A stretch of DNA of 64,000 nt. Origin: Pirellulales bacterium (GTDB lineage Bacteria; Planctomycetota; Planctomycetia; Pirellulales; PALSA-1355). Both the position numbers and the translations under genes were made by a program. Under the pieces are notes generated by a model, which ran no database searches, was not told the origin of the DNA, and saw only the letters and a list, made by a program, of their open reading frames with translations. Every line of letters starts with the position of its first letter. Position 1 is the first letter of the stretch. Below, piece after piece: positions 1 to 10,402 of the stretch. The stretch is taken from positions 1-64,000 of the forward strand of contig CAVTBU010000002.1 in the NCBI GenBank assembly GCA_963733035.1, given 5' to 3'.

Positions 1-1399
1 TGTAACGTTTCTTCTGTAAACAGCACTCAAGGAATTCGCGTGTGAGGCTTGGCGGAGCGAAGGCGAGCGTCAGCGAGCCGAAGCGGAGCCAGGCCTCACA
101 CGCGGCGACGAGCTTGAAAGGGGTGGGCCAAGGTGGTTTCCTTTTGATTTTGTTCTCTACGCAAAACGAAAGGAGTTCGCCCCCATGGCCCACCACGATC
201 AATCTAACGCCCGTGACGAAGTTGTCCACCTCCTGGCCGAGCACGGATTCGAAGGCATGGCTCAGGCACTCGAAACCCTGTTCAACGAAGCGATGAAGCT
301 CGAACGCTCCGCGGTGCTGGGCGCCTCCCCTTATGAACGCACCGAAACGCGACTCGGTTATGCCAACGGCTTCAAGCCCAAGACCATCACCAGCCGTCTC
401 GGCAAGTTACACTTGCAGGTGCCCCAAACCCGTGGCGTCGAGTTCTACCCGTCGGCGCTCGAACGCGGCGAACGCAGCGAACGGGCCTTGAAGCTGGCCC
501 TGGCCGAGATGTACGTGCAAGGCGTCTCCACCCGCAAGGTGGCCGAGATCACCCGCGATCTGCGCGGCTGTGAGGTCTCCAGCATGCAGGTCAGCCGGGC
601 GGCCGAGCAGCTCGATGCCGAGCTGGAGATTTGGCGCAAGCGGCCGCTGGGCGCGACGCCGTACCTGATCCTCGATGCCCGTTACGAAAAAGTTCGCCAC
701 GGCGGCAGCGTCGTCGATTGCGCGGTGCTGATCGCGATCGGTGTCACGCCCGATGGCCGGCGTTCGATCCTGGGAGTCAGCGTCTCGCTCTCCGAGGCCG
801 AGGTGCACTGGCGTTCGTTCCTCTCCTCGCTCATCGACCGCGGTCTGCACGGCGTGCGGCTGATCACCAGCGACGATCACGCCGGGCTGGGCCAGGCACG
901 CCGGGCTTGCTTCCCCAGCGTCCCTTGGCAACGCTGCCAGTTCCACCTGATGCAAAACGCGCTGCACTACGTGCCGAAACTGCCGATGCGGCGCGAGGTG
1001 GCTCGCGATCTGCGCGGCGTGTGGGACGCGCCCGATCGCGGCGAGGCCGAGCGGCAACTGGACGTGCTGGTTCAGAAGTACCAGACCACCGCGCCGAAGC
1101 TGGCCACCTGGCTGGAAGCCAATGTGCCCGAAGGACTGACCGTGTTCGCCTTGCCGGCCGAACATCGCCGCCGGCTGCGCACGAGCAATCCGCTGGAGCG
1201 CCTCAACGAAGAAATCAAACGCCGCACCCGCGTCGCCACGCTGTTCCCCAACGAGGCCTCGCTCCTGCGGCTCGTCACCGCCATCCTCCAAGAAACCAGC
1301 GAAGACTGGGAAACCGGAAAAATCTACCTCAACCTGGAAACCAACTAGCCCACCCCAAACAAGCTCCCGAAGCTTTTACAGAAAAACGGTTGCTCAATC
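1..1399 (+). mobile_element. IS256-family insertion sequence (left tip probably clipped by window edge)
   Basis: Transposase 185-1348; imperfect terminal IRs: gtaacgtttcttctgtaaa (2-20) vs reverse complement of tttacagaaaaacggttgc (1375-1393). Confidence 0.85.
185..1348 (+). CDS. IS256/Mutator-family transposase
   Basis: Motifs EMYVQGVSTRKV, YLILDARYEKVR, WQRCQFH, RTSNPLERLNEEIKRRTRV. Confidence 0.95.
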   Translation: MAHHDQSNARDEVVHLLAEHGFEGMAQALETLFNEAMKLERSAVLGASPYERTETRLGYANGFKPKTITSRLGKLHLQVPQTRGVEFYPSALERGERSERALKLALAEMYVQGVSTRKVAEITRDLRGCEVSSMQVSRAAEQLDAELEIWRKRPLGATPYLILDARYEKVRHGGSVVDCAVLIAIGVTPDGRRSILGVSVSLSEAEVHWRSFLSSLIDRGLHGVRLITSDDHAGLGQARRACFPSVPWQRCQFHLMQNALHYVPKLPMRREVARDLRGVWDAPDRGEAERQLDVLVQKYQTTAPKLATWLEANVPEGLTVFALPAEHRRRLRTSNPLERLNEEIKRRTRVATLFPNEASLLRLVTAILQETSEDWETGKIYLNLETN

Positions 1400-1621
1400 C
1401 AATTTCGAAATGATGCTGTCAATATATGGGCGACTCATTACCAGAGTATCGATCCAAAACGAGGCGACTTTGCTCAAGTCTTGATGTCGCCAGTGGACCA
1501 GTGCAATCCCGAGAGCAAGCAAGAGGGTGCTTTTGACAAGCTTGAAGACGCCGATTGCGACCAGTGTGAAGCTGGTTTTCTCTGGCCGGGACTTCGAAGG
1601 GGCGAGCCGTCGTGTCGCCAT
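1394..1621 (-). pseudogene. DUF2127-like membrane protein, truncated by IS256
   Basis: LVAIGVFKLVKSTLLLALG N-terminal signature; frame stops inside the IS end. Confidence 0.6.
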
Positions 1622-1785
1622 TATATGGACGACCGCCGCCCCATGACTAACGAGACGATAAACAGCACGATGAACACAAAGAACAGAATCCTGGCGATTT
1701 GCATCGCAATGCCTTCTAGCCCCCATAAGCCGAACACTCCGGCCAACAGGGCAACAACCAAGAATATGATTGCCCAGCGAAGCAT
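1621..1785 (-). CDS. DUF1328 (UPF0391) small membrane protein
   Basis: [19 protein letters not shown]...[21 protein letters not shown] upstream of start. Confidence 0.9.
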   Translation of the reverse strand: MLRWAIIFLVVALLAGVFGLWGLEGIAMQIARILFFVFIVLFIVSLVMGRRSSI

Positions 1786-1903
1786 TGGTAGCTCCCTTCG
1801 AAAGAAGAACAGGGACGAATCAGGCGAGGCGCAGTCTAACACACATGGAGGACCAAATCCAAAACTGCCGCAAAAACGATCCCTCACCATAGAGATCGCC
1901 AGT

Positions 1904-2599
1904 TCATCCCAATAGCTTGGCCAGCGTGAACGCCGCCGCCGCCGCTAGTCCGCCGACCGCCATCGTTTGCCACGCACTTCTTAGCGGCTTCTTGACAGTA
2001 AAGCGCCCCTTCACGTAGCCGAATACGCCCAGAGCGATCAGAGTAACGAAGATCGACACGATCAACGCCTGATGGACTGAAGGCATGAAGAAGTAGGGAG
2101 CCAAGGGAACTAGCCCACCGACGATATACGAGATTGCAATCGTTAAGGCGCTGAAACGTGCCCGCTTGGGGTCGGGTTCCTCAAGTCCCAATTCAAACCG
2201 CATCATAAAATCGACCCATCGATTTTGGTCGCTACTAATTGCACCAACCACGTCTTGCACCGTTACCTCGGGAAGTCCAAAGGATCGAAAAATCAAAGCG
2301 ACCTCCTCGGCTTCCTTGTCGGGCATCTCCTCCGTCTCCCGAAGCTCTGTGGCTCGTTCCGTAGCGTAATGCTCGGCATCAGTCCTGGCAGCGAGATAAC
2401 CACCTAGCCCCATCGCAATGGCTCCCGCCGCCACTTCCGCAAGGCCTGCGGTGATGATGACGCTGCTGGCATCCACGGCACCAGACAATCCTGCCGCCAG
2501 AGCGAATGGGACCGTCAAACCGTCTGCCATGCCGATGACAACATCTCGGACGGTTTCGGATGCAGTGAAGTGTTTTTCAACGTGCGGCGTGACGGGCAT
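1904..2599 (-). CDS. VIT1/CCC1 iron/manganese transporter
   Basis: [41 protein letters not shown] motifs. Confidence 0.92.
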   Translation of the reverse strand: MPVTPHVEKHFTASETVRDVVIGMADGLTVPFALAAGLSGAVDASSVIITAGLAEVAAGAIAMGLGGYLAARTDAEHYATERATELRETEEMPDKEAEEVALIFRSFGLPEVTVQDVVGAISSDQNRWVDFMMRFELGLEEPDPKRARFSALTIAISYIVGGLVPLAPYFFMPSVHQALIVSIFVTLIALGVFGYVKGRFTVKKPLRSAWQTMAVGGLAAAAAFTLAKLLG

Positions 2600-2650
2600 T
2601 TGGCGACCTCAATCGCAAGGCTAGTTGATGGCAACAGAATTGGGCCTGTC

Positions 2651-2851
2651 TCACCGTGAGGTGATCCGCAGGTAGTAGCCATCAGGATCAGCAACTCGGA
2701 AGTCGGTTGCTCCCCACGACCGTTTCTGTAGCGGCGTCAGGATGCCTTTGTATCCAGTGGCTTGACTACACGATAGACGCAGGGGGCGCGTTGCTACGAT
2801 CGTGGCCAGTCCGAGCCCGGATCGTTTCCAGGCTGAGCCCATCTGGGACAT
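2651..2851 (-). pseudogene. VOC/glyoxalase-family C-terminal remnant
   Basis: Only the tail PLQKRSWGATDFRVADPDGYYLRIT is recognisable. Confidence 0.5.
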
Positions 2852-3063
2852 GTCGGCTTAATGCATTCTTAATGCGAACCTGATTGCAGCGCGCGCGGTG
2901 TCTCTACACTCCAAGGATGAATTATTCGTAAGGAACTGCGCGACCGTTGACGCCAGCCAGATCGCCTGCCTACTGTCATATCGTTTGTCCTGGTAGGCGG
3001 AACTTGAACGCGTAGTAAAAAGCAGCTCATGAAGTAAAACCACAATTCGGTTGAGGACATCCC

Positions 3064-3734
3064 ATGTCAAAGGCACCCGTGCTCGGTCGCTTGACCCAGT
3101 TGGCGATTCCCTTATGCGCGGTTTGGGCCGCCGTGCTCAACCCTTTCGTAGCGCTCGGAGAAACGATCACCTATAGTGTCGTCGACTATCCGGCAGCCGA
3201 AGCTGATGTGGTTAACCCCGGCAATCAGGACCGAGTTTTGGGTACCATCACGGCATCGAGCGCCGACCCTCTCGGCTCGTATACCGCCGGAGCAGCCTCT
3301 GGTTCGCCGGCGAACCCGATCAACGTCACGTTGTCGTACGCGATCACGCTCGAGTCGCTGGCGCCGGGAGGCGCGACAACGGCGTCGGTTAGCTACACCG
3401 GTTCCGGTCCACTGTCCTACTACCTGGGCTCGGGTACGATTACCTTTGATGCGACTTCGATTCAGCTCGGTGGGTACCTCTCGCTCGGCGCCAGCACAGT
3501 TGCGCATCGGAAGAGATGTATTGGCGACCCGATCTTAACTCCTACTTTGGTCGCTACACGACGAACAGCGGACCGGTGATTTACTTCAGCCAGAACCCGG
3601 CCAACGATCTCGGTTCCTCCCCCTGGACCGTCGCCGTGGCGGTTCCCGAGCCGGGGACGCTCGCTCTGTTCGGTTCGGCCGCGGCGTTGCTGCCGCTGGC
3701 TCGCTTGCGGCGCGGGCGACGCATTCGCGGGTAA
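3064..3734 (+). CDS. PEP-CTERM surface protein, frameshifted near 3500
   Basis: Signal peptide in 3064 frame; VPEPGTLALFGSAAALLPLARLRRGRR in 3516 frame. Confidence 0.75.
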
Positions 3735-4016
3735 GCCGAGAATCGCTTCGCAGTGCTATAACGCCTCCCCGTAGGGAACCCTTTCCGAAGGCGCATATTG
3801 CAGCGACCGGCTGAGGTGCGAAAAGTTTCGGAGTCAGTCTCGGCCCGGCTGGCTGCTCAAAACCTACCGTCTCGCCGCATGAAGCACGCTACTATTCTGC
3901 CGACACCAATGGATCGAAAAGCAGCACCACTACGCTCGCTAATAGCCGGACTGGCTGTGGCAATATATTTGTCCAGAGCTGGGCTTGTCTAATTTCGCGT
4001 GCACTATTTTTGCTCA

Positions 4017-4616
4017 TCAGCCGCGCAGGGAATATGGCCGCCGTTGTGCAAATCCCGCCAGAGCGAAAATGCCGAGCCCCGCCAGGACGAGCGTCGACGG
4101 CTCTGGAATTAAGGTGACGCTCACATCATCCAAAGCGAATGTTCCCGACCAGTTCGCTCCCACGAATCGCAACTCGGTCTGGGCCTCGGTAGCCAGCAGC
4201 GTGTAAGTGTAATGGGTATACGGAAAGCCCGATGCGTTCACCAAGGTGAGAACGGCCACGCCGTTCCACGCGACTGTGAAGTCATTGTCAGGGGGCTCCC
4301 AAGGTTCGTTGATCAACCAGAAATCGAATTGGTATTGGCTGCCCGGCGTGGTGGGTATGGTTTGTAGGAGGGTGTCGTCGGCATGGTATATGGCTGAAAA
4401 CCCGGCTGCCAACTCCCCGGAGTGCGGAAGCCATATGGGCAAAAGATTCGTAGTGAAACCCCACTGCACGGTCCAATCGGCAAACGGCTCACCAGGGGCC
4501 GGCCAGATTTCTTCAAATCCACCGTTTAGAACCAAGTTTTCGGCAACCGCAAGGTTCTCTAACGACATCGCGGCCAACATTGCCGCACAAGTCGCGGCCA
4601 CAACTGAGGTTCTCAT
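4017..4616 (-). CDS. PEP-CTERM protein with carbohydrate-binding-like domain
   Basis: Signal peptide, NLVLNGGFE, LDDVSV, IPEPSTLVLAGLG..RR tail. Confidence 0.88.
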   Translation of the reverse strand: MRTSVVAATCAAMLAAMSLENLAVAENLVLNGGFEEIWPAPGEPFADWTVQWGFTTNLLPIWLPHSGELAAGFSAIYHADDTLLQTIPTTPGSQYQFDFWLINEPWEPPDNDFTVAWNGVAVLTLVNASGFPYTHYTYTLLATEAQTELRFVGANWSGTFALDDVSVTLIPEPSTLVLAGLGIFALAGFAQRRPYSLRG

Positions 4617-4943
4617 GAGCGACCCTCTGCGATACGCACATCTGGTAGGATCTCACCTCAATTATCGTACAACGTCCTTCCCTGTCAAAAAAAGACTTCG
4701 CATAATGTCCCGGAACCGACGGCTGATGTATGCGGGCCGACCGGGCTTTTCGAAGACGGGCCTTTCGGAGCCAAGCTCCCCGTAAAAAATCCTCTTCAAG
4801 CCAATACGCGCAAGAGCGATTTCGAGAAAAGTTTCTGGATCAAGGAATTGGCAATCGGCTGATTGGCGCGGACGATTCCGACCGGCCGCCACTGATTGAG
4901 AGCGTGGAGCAGCTTGAATGCGAGTCTCGGCTGGGCCGGTTGC

Positions 4944-5159
4944 TCAAGAGCCATCGTCACGCCGCCTGAAGTAGTTCACCTTCGCCGATAGGGTTCGCGG
5001 GGATGCGCGCCAATTTCTCGAATTGGCAATTCTGAACCGGCAATTGGCGTAGATGTAGATTCGGCCTCGGACAGTGGTTGGGCCGGATCGGTGGTCGATG
5101 AGCTTTTTTCCTCGCATGATCGCTTCGGCGTGCGGTTGAGGAATGGTCAAGGCTCTCAT
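4944..5159 (-). pseudogene. ASCH-domain protein, truncated
   Basis: MRALTIPQPHAEAIMRGKKLIDHRS..RGRIYIYA; similarity lost after that point. Confidence 0.6.
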
Positions 5160-5198
5160 GCTCGACGACCCGCTTGGTGGTAATACCTGAATCGAACC

Positions 5199-5423
5199 CT
5201 AAGAACCAACCGCCATCAACCTGTTCCTGACTTCTCGAACAATCTCGTCAATTTGGAAGGGAAGCAACGAACTTGGTTCCTTTTCCAGCTTGCTCCGCCA
5301 AACCGTCAGGACTTTGTTCTTGCCTGATTCCCTGCTTTCCATGTTCGATTCCGAGACGATCTGTTGGATCGTGGCCTCCCAAGGCAGAAGATTCATCGGT
5401 AATTCCTTGTGATGTTGGTCCAC
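5199..5423 (-). CDS. small hypothetical protein
   Basis: Protein-like composition, same strand as neighbours. Confidence 0.4.
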   Translation of the reverse strand: MDQHHKELPMNLLPWEATIQQIVSESNMESRESGKNKVLTVWRSKLEKEPSSLLPFQIDEIVREVRNRLMAVGS

Positions 5424-5725
5424 AGCTCATCTTGAACCAAAAAGCCCGCTCGATCCTGCAATCTGATCGAGCGGGCCAATGGTTTGGAGTTTCTGCCGAG
5501 AATCTCCATATTGAGTAATCGGAGAAGGCGGTACGGTCGCATGAGGAAGACTAGCTGCTAGCAGACAATACAGCCAGTAACTGATCGTTAATTTCTCAAT
5601 TCGACCGATGTTCAATGGCCCCGAGCTTCAACCGGTGGCGAATCAGGTCGAGAGTGCGATGATCCGAATCATCGATGCGGCTTGTGAATAGCTGAGCCTC
5701 CAGTCGCCACGATTTGCTTGCTTGC

Positions 5726-6025
5726 TCACTTCTTCCGCAGGATACCGACGACCTTCTCCATTTCGCTTGAGTCAAATGCACGGCTGGTCGTCGCGTGAAC
5801 ATTCCCTTGAGACGACAGGTGCAGCATGGCGGCAGTTGCCGTCTTGTCGTCCGGTGCATCGAAGATGATTACGCCATCGAAGTAGCCCAGGGTCCAATAG
5901 ATTTCCTTGACCGTGACGCCCATCTTTTTTGCCGCTGCTTGGAATGCAGCCGCCCGCTTGGGTGATTTGTTAATGCCCTGAACGCCTTTTTCGGTAAACT
6001 TGATCGTGCTGATGAAGGTTGCCAT
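5726..6025 (-). CDS. GYD-domain protein
   Basis: MATFISTIKFTEKG...IYWTLGYFDGVIIFDAPD...GNVHATTSRAF. Confidence 0.85.
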   Translation of the reverse strand: MATFISTIKFTEKGVQGINKSPKRAAAFQAAAKKMGVTVKEIYWTLGYFDGVIIFDAPDDKTATAAMLHLSSQGNVHATTSRAFDSSEMEKVVGILRKK

Positions 6026-6109
6026 TCGTTGTTCTCCAAGGGAGGTGGGAACACTGAGAGTACTTCCTCCTCTTTTGTTGTACTTCTTGATATTGTTCTG
6101 TTTTGGCGG

Positions 6110-6511
6110 TTACCGCCCCCAATTCATCCAGGTGATCGAAATCTGCAAGGTCGTAGCCAGGGAGACCCAGACGAAGTAGGGCACCTGGGCAACAGCCACC
6201 CAGCGATACCGCCGCCAGATCGCAGCCGCCAACCAGATGATTGTGCCCCACACGATCAGGATGTCCACAGTCGCCAACGGCAGATTGCGCATCCCAAACT
6301 CAATGGGCGTGAAGATCAGATTCGCCACGAGGTTGATGCCGAATGGCAAGGCAACCAGCCACGGAAGTTTGCCCCGAAGCGCCTGCACGAAAACGAAACC
6401 GAACGTGACGAGGATGATGGGATAGAGAATGTTCCAGATCAGCCCGATGGTCGAAGGTGCAGGCGTCCATCCTGGCTTCTCCAGCGTGTTGTACCAGGTC
6501 ATCCAGTCCAT
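6110..6511 (-). CDS. tspO: TspO/MBR tryptophan-rich sensory protein
   Basis: WYNTLEKPGWTP, IWNILY, PYFVWVSLAT. Confidence 0.9.
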   Translation of the reverse strand: MDWMTWYNTLEKPGWTPAPSTIGLIWNILYPIILVTFGFVFVQALRGKLPWLVALPFGINLVANLIFTPIEFGMRNLPLATVDILIVWGTIIWLAAAIWRRYRWVAVAQVPYFVWVSLATTLQISITWMNWGR

Positions 6512-6598
6512 TTTCGCTACCGAGCATTTGAGCTTGAGGGCACCTTCATTTCGACTTTATTATAACAAGTCTTGGCGATCACTTCCCCGGAGCCGCTC

Positions 6599-7075
6599 AT
6601 GCCAAACCTCTACGACTTCGAGGTCACAACCATCGAGGGTGGAAAGCAGCGACTGGACGCTTATCGGGGACAGGTGCTGCTAATCGTCAACGTGGCGAGC
6701 CGATGTGGGTTCACACCGCAGTATGCCGACCTTGAGGCGATCTACCGAAAGTATAAGTCTCAAGGTTTCGCCATTCTGGGATTTCCCTGCGACCAATTCG
6801 CTCATCAGGAACCAGAGAACGAAGCAGAGATCAAGAACTTTTGCTCGTTGAACTATGATGTCACGTTTCCGATGTTCGCCAAAATCAAAGTCAACGGAGT
6901 CTCAACGCACCCGCTCTACAAATACTTGAAATCCTCTCGCCGAGGCATTTTGTTCACGAAGGCAATCAAGTGGAACTTCACGAAGTTCCTGATCGACCGG
7001 CACGGTAACGTGCTTCGCCGCTATGCGCCTAAAGACGCCGTGGACCGTATTGAAAAGGACTTGCAGCGGCTCTGA
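6599..7075 (+). CDS. glutathione peroxidase (Cys-type)
   Basis: NVASRCGFT, LGFPCDQF, KWNFTKFL. Confidence 0.93.
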   Translation: MPNLYDFEVTTIEGGKQRLDAYRGQVLLIVNVASRCGFTPQYADLEAIYRKYKSQGFAILGFPCDQFAHQEPENEAEIKNFCSLNYDVTFPMFAKIKVNGVSTHPLYKYLKSSRRGILFTKAIKWNFTKFLIDRHGNVLRRYAPKDAVDRIEKDLQRL

Positions 7076-7401
7076 AGAAAACTGCTCTGCTGTCTTGAGC
7101 TGCTAGCTCGGTTGGGTGCGTAATGGGTTTGTGGCACGCACCAGCAAATCTCCGAAGGCGGTGGCGCGGGCGGCGCTTGTGGCCGCTCAGCGGGTACTGC
7201 CGTTCTACACGCATCCCAACAGCCCGAAGAAGTTTACGCAGCATCAATTGTTCGCTTGCCTGGTGCTGAAGAACTTCCTGCGGACCGACTATCGCGGCGT
7301 GGTTGCGCATCTGACCGATCTGAGGTGGACCCCAAAAACTGGGCGCGCTGATAAGGTGTGGTTTCCGGGTGCGGAGACGACCGAATCAGGAGTGTGCCAG
7401 C

Positions 7402-7689
7402 ATGACGCGGAAGCGGCGGGTGTTTGGAGCGGCGTTCAAGGCCAAGGTGGCGTTGGCGGCGGTCCGGGGCGACAAAACGACGGCCCAGTTGGCTAGCGAG
7501 TTTGGTGTGCATGCCAGCCAGATCACGGCCTGGAAGAAGCAGCTCTTGGAGCAGGCGGCCGGACTGTTCGAGGACGGCCGCGCGCGACGCGACGAGCAGT
7601 CGGCGGGCGAGCAGGAACTTTACGAGCAGATCGGCCGCTTGAAGATGGAGGTCGAGTGGTTGAAAAAAAAATCTGCCGAGCTCGCCTGA
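7402..7689 (+). CDS. IS3 OrfA (HTH)
   Basis: FKAKVALAA..LASEFGVH..WKKQL..LYEQIGRLKMEVEWLKKK; A9 slippery run at 7663-7671. Confidence 0.92.
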   Translation: MTRKRRVFGAAFKAKVALAAVRGDKTTAQLASEFGVHASQITAWKKQLLEQAAGLFEDGRARRDEQSAGEQELYEQIGRLKMEVEWLKKKSAELA

Positions 7690-7726
7690 GGCCAAGCGAA
7701 GATGCATCGACACCCATCACGCCCCG

Positions 7727-8526
7727 TTGAGTATCGCCCGACAGTGCGAGCTGGTCGGCCTGCCGCGCAGCACCCGGTATTACGTGCCGAGCGGCGAGAC
7801 GGCCGAGAACCTGGCGCTGATGAAGCGGATCGACGAGCAGTATTTGCAAACGCCGTTTTACGGCAGCCGCAAGATGGCGATCGAGCTTGGCATCAATCGC
7901 AAGCATGCTCAGCGACTGATGCGGTTGATGGGTTTGGAGGCGGTGGGCGTCAAGCGACGCACCACGCGCCCGGCCGCCGGACACAAGATTTACCCGTATT
8001 TGCTGCGGAATCTGGAGATTACGCGGCCCGACCAGGTGTGGGCCAGCGACATCACGTACATTCCGTTGCGCCACGGCTTTTTGTATCTGACGGCGGTGAT
8101 GGACTGGTTCAGTCGCTACGTGTTGGCCTGGCGGTTGTCGAACACGCTCGAAGGAAGATTTTGCCTGGAAGCACTCGACGAGGCACTGGCCACCAAGGCC
8201 CGGAGATTTTCAACAGCGATCAAGGAAGCCAGTTCACGGCGGCGGCCTTCACGGGCCGATTGGAGAAGTGTGGCGTGGCGATCTCGATGGACGGTCGCGG
8301 TCGGGCGCTCGACAACGTGTTCATCGAACGGCTGTGGCGGAGCGTGAAGTACGAGGAGGTGTACCTGCGGGACTACGCCGATGGTTGGGAGGCGGAGCAA
8401 TCGCTGGCCCGCTACTTCGAGTTCTACTGCCAGCGACGAATCCACCAGGCCCTCGGCTACCGCACGCCGGCCGAGTTGTACGGGCAGAAAACAGCGCGAA
8501 ACGTTCGGCGCTCAAATCCCTGTTGA
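7727..8526 (+). CDS. IS3 OrfB (DDE integrase core), extra frameshift near 8195
   Basis: WASDITYI..MDWFSRY in one frame; PEIFNSDQGSQFT..DNVFIERLWRSVKYE in the other. Confidence 0.88.
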
Positions 8527-9020
8527 GGCAGGGTTAAAGAGGAGAATCAAACGGAACCCAAACCGTCGTCAGCCGTCGCGGCCGCGCGAGACCCGTGAGA
8601 GGTCTCACGGGCCGCCAGACCCGGCGACCTACATCTTATCCAAGCCCCAAAACTGTCCAACAGTTGGGGTCCACCTTAATCATCCGGAGCTGTGCGAGTT
8701 GCTCAGGCTCAAGAGCGTGCCGCACTTTACGACGCTGCAAAAGGCGAGTCAGCATTTGCTGGCTTACGAGCCGACCCGTCGAGTGCTGGAAAGCACGATT
8801 CGCATGCACTACGGTCAGCGTCGACGGGTTGCTTCGTCGGCCGTCGATTCTACCGGCCTGGAGTGCACGTCGGCCAGCGGCTACTTCGTGCGTCGCCGCA
8901 ACCGCGTCAGTCTGCCCTGGAAAACCGTGCTTTTCTCGGAGTCCGCGAAAACGATTGGCTTGATTGGACTTGGCGGAAGTGGTCGGTTGATAATACTCGT
9001 TCGAGGATTGGACGTACGCA

Positions 9021-10187
9021 ATGACACGTGCCGGGAGGTGTGGCGTTGGGCCGCCGCATGGTTCCCGACTTCTGAGCGCGAGGTTAAGGCCGATGGCGAC
9101 ACCAATTTCATTGCTCCCTGCGTTGACTAAGAGCAGGGGCGCCGCGCGCCGCAGGCTCGCCTGCCGACGAAGACAGGTCGCCCGATTGGCGGCTGTGGTG
9201 CTCCTGTTCGGCCTCGTCACCAACCAGTCGTCCCATTCGCGCGCTGCCGAGCCAGAGCTTCCGGCGGCTCGTTTCCTCCTAACCTGGGGAAAAGAAGGAA
9301 CAGAGCCCGGTGAGTTCCATTTCCCAATTGGGATCGCCATCAATCCGGCCGACGAAATCCTGATCACGGACCATTACAACAATCGCGTGCAGAGATTCGA
9401 CCGCGGGGGCAAGCTCTTGGGTCACTTTGCCGTCCTGCCTCGCCCTGGCGGCATCGCGCTGGACAAGGCGGGAAACATCTATCTCAGCCATTTTCCAACT
9501 GCGGTCGGGAGCAAAGAAGTCAACCCCGACCGTCTCACGGTCTACAGTTCCGCCGGCAAGTTGCTTCACGAGTGGGGCAAAACGGGCACCGGACCGGGTG
9601 AATTCAACTATCCGGGCGGGCTAGTGATCGCGCCAGACGGCCGCGTGTATGTGGCCGATCAAACCAATCACCGCATCCAAGTCCTCGATCCCAATGGCCG
9701 GTTTCTGGTCACTTGGGGAAGGCACGGAACGAAGCCTGGGGAGTTTGGCGGCAATACCAACGTCAAGTCACGCGCCGGAGGCCCCGATTTCGTTGCTCTC
9801 GACAGTAAGGGCAACGTCTACACGACCGAAGCCATGGACGGCCGTGTGCAGAAATTCACGGCCGAAGGTGCCTTTCTCTTGGCCTTCGGTGATCTCGAAG
9901 ACCGGCCCGGCAGCTTCGGCCGCGAATTTGAACCGCTAAAAAGCATGCACGGACCAATCGCCGTCTGTTGCGACCGCAACGACCGCCTGTGGATCAGTGC
10001 CGCCGGCGGCCGGGTTCAGCAATTCACCAGCGACGGCCGCTACCTGCGCGGCTTCGGCGAACAACAGGGAAGCGAACCGGGCCAGTTCCTGGCCCCCCAC
10101 GGGCTGGCGATCGACAGTCGTGGCCATCTGTACGTCGTGGATGCCTACAATCACCGCATTCAGAAGTTCGATGTTAGTGAGCCATAG
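9021..10187 (+). CDS. secreted NHL-repeat beta-propeller (start uncertain)
   Basis: Repeated GxxPGEFxxPxG..YVAD..NHRIQ units. Confidence 0.85.
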   Translation: MTRAGRCGVGPPHGSRLLSARLRPMATPISLLPALTKSRGAARRRLACRRRQVARLAAVVLLFGLVTNQSSHSRAAEPELPAARFLLTWGKEGTEPGEFHFPIGIAINPADEILITDHYNNRVQRFDRGGKLLGHFAVLPRPGGIALDKAGNIYLSHFPTAVGSKEVNPDRLTVYSSAGKLLHEWGKTGTGPGEFNYPGGLVIAPDGRVYVADQTNHRIQVLDPNGRFLVTWGRHGTKPGEFGGNTNVKSRAGGPDFVALDSKGNVYTTEAMDGRVQKFTAEGAFLLAFGDLEDRPGSFGREFEPLKSMHGPIAVCCDRNDRLWISAAGGRVQQFTSDGRYLRGFGEQQGSEPGQFLAPHGLAIDSRGHLYVVDAYNHRIQKFDVSEP

Positions 10188-10402
10188 CACTTGGCCTGCT
10201 TTCGGCCGCGGCTCGCCGCAACAATCAACGCAGAACCGAGACGTTCTGACGCAGGTCCCGAGCGTCATCAAAGGGTGGTTTCTTCAGTATTCCCAAGAAT
10301 CAACTGCCATTTCCACGGATTTACGGGGTTCGATGCCGAGCGACTTTGTGACCCCGACGAGTATCCCGCGAGCGAAATCCGTTCGGGCGAGGAATCTTCT
10401 CC

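Larger units (their letters stand above)
7321..8678 (+). mobile_element. IS3-family insertion sequence
   Basis: IRs TGAGGTGGACCCCAA / TAAGGTGGACCCCAA (rc of right end); 3-bp target duplication ATC at 7318-7320 and 8679-8681. Confidence 0.93.
7131..8929 (+). pseudogene. DDE transposase (IS5/IS4-like), split by IS3 insertion and 3'-truncated
   Basis: FTQHQLFACLVLK..HLTD joins in frame to HPELCE..PHFTTLQKA..VDSTG once 7321-8681 is removed. Confidence 0.8.

Noticed and set aside
407..1413. Long alternative-frame ORFs here and elsewhere (e.g. 26383-27378, 53851-55059)
   Set aside because: Shadow ORFs of GC-rich coding sequence overlapping well-supported genes
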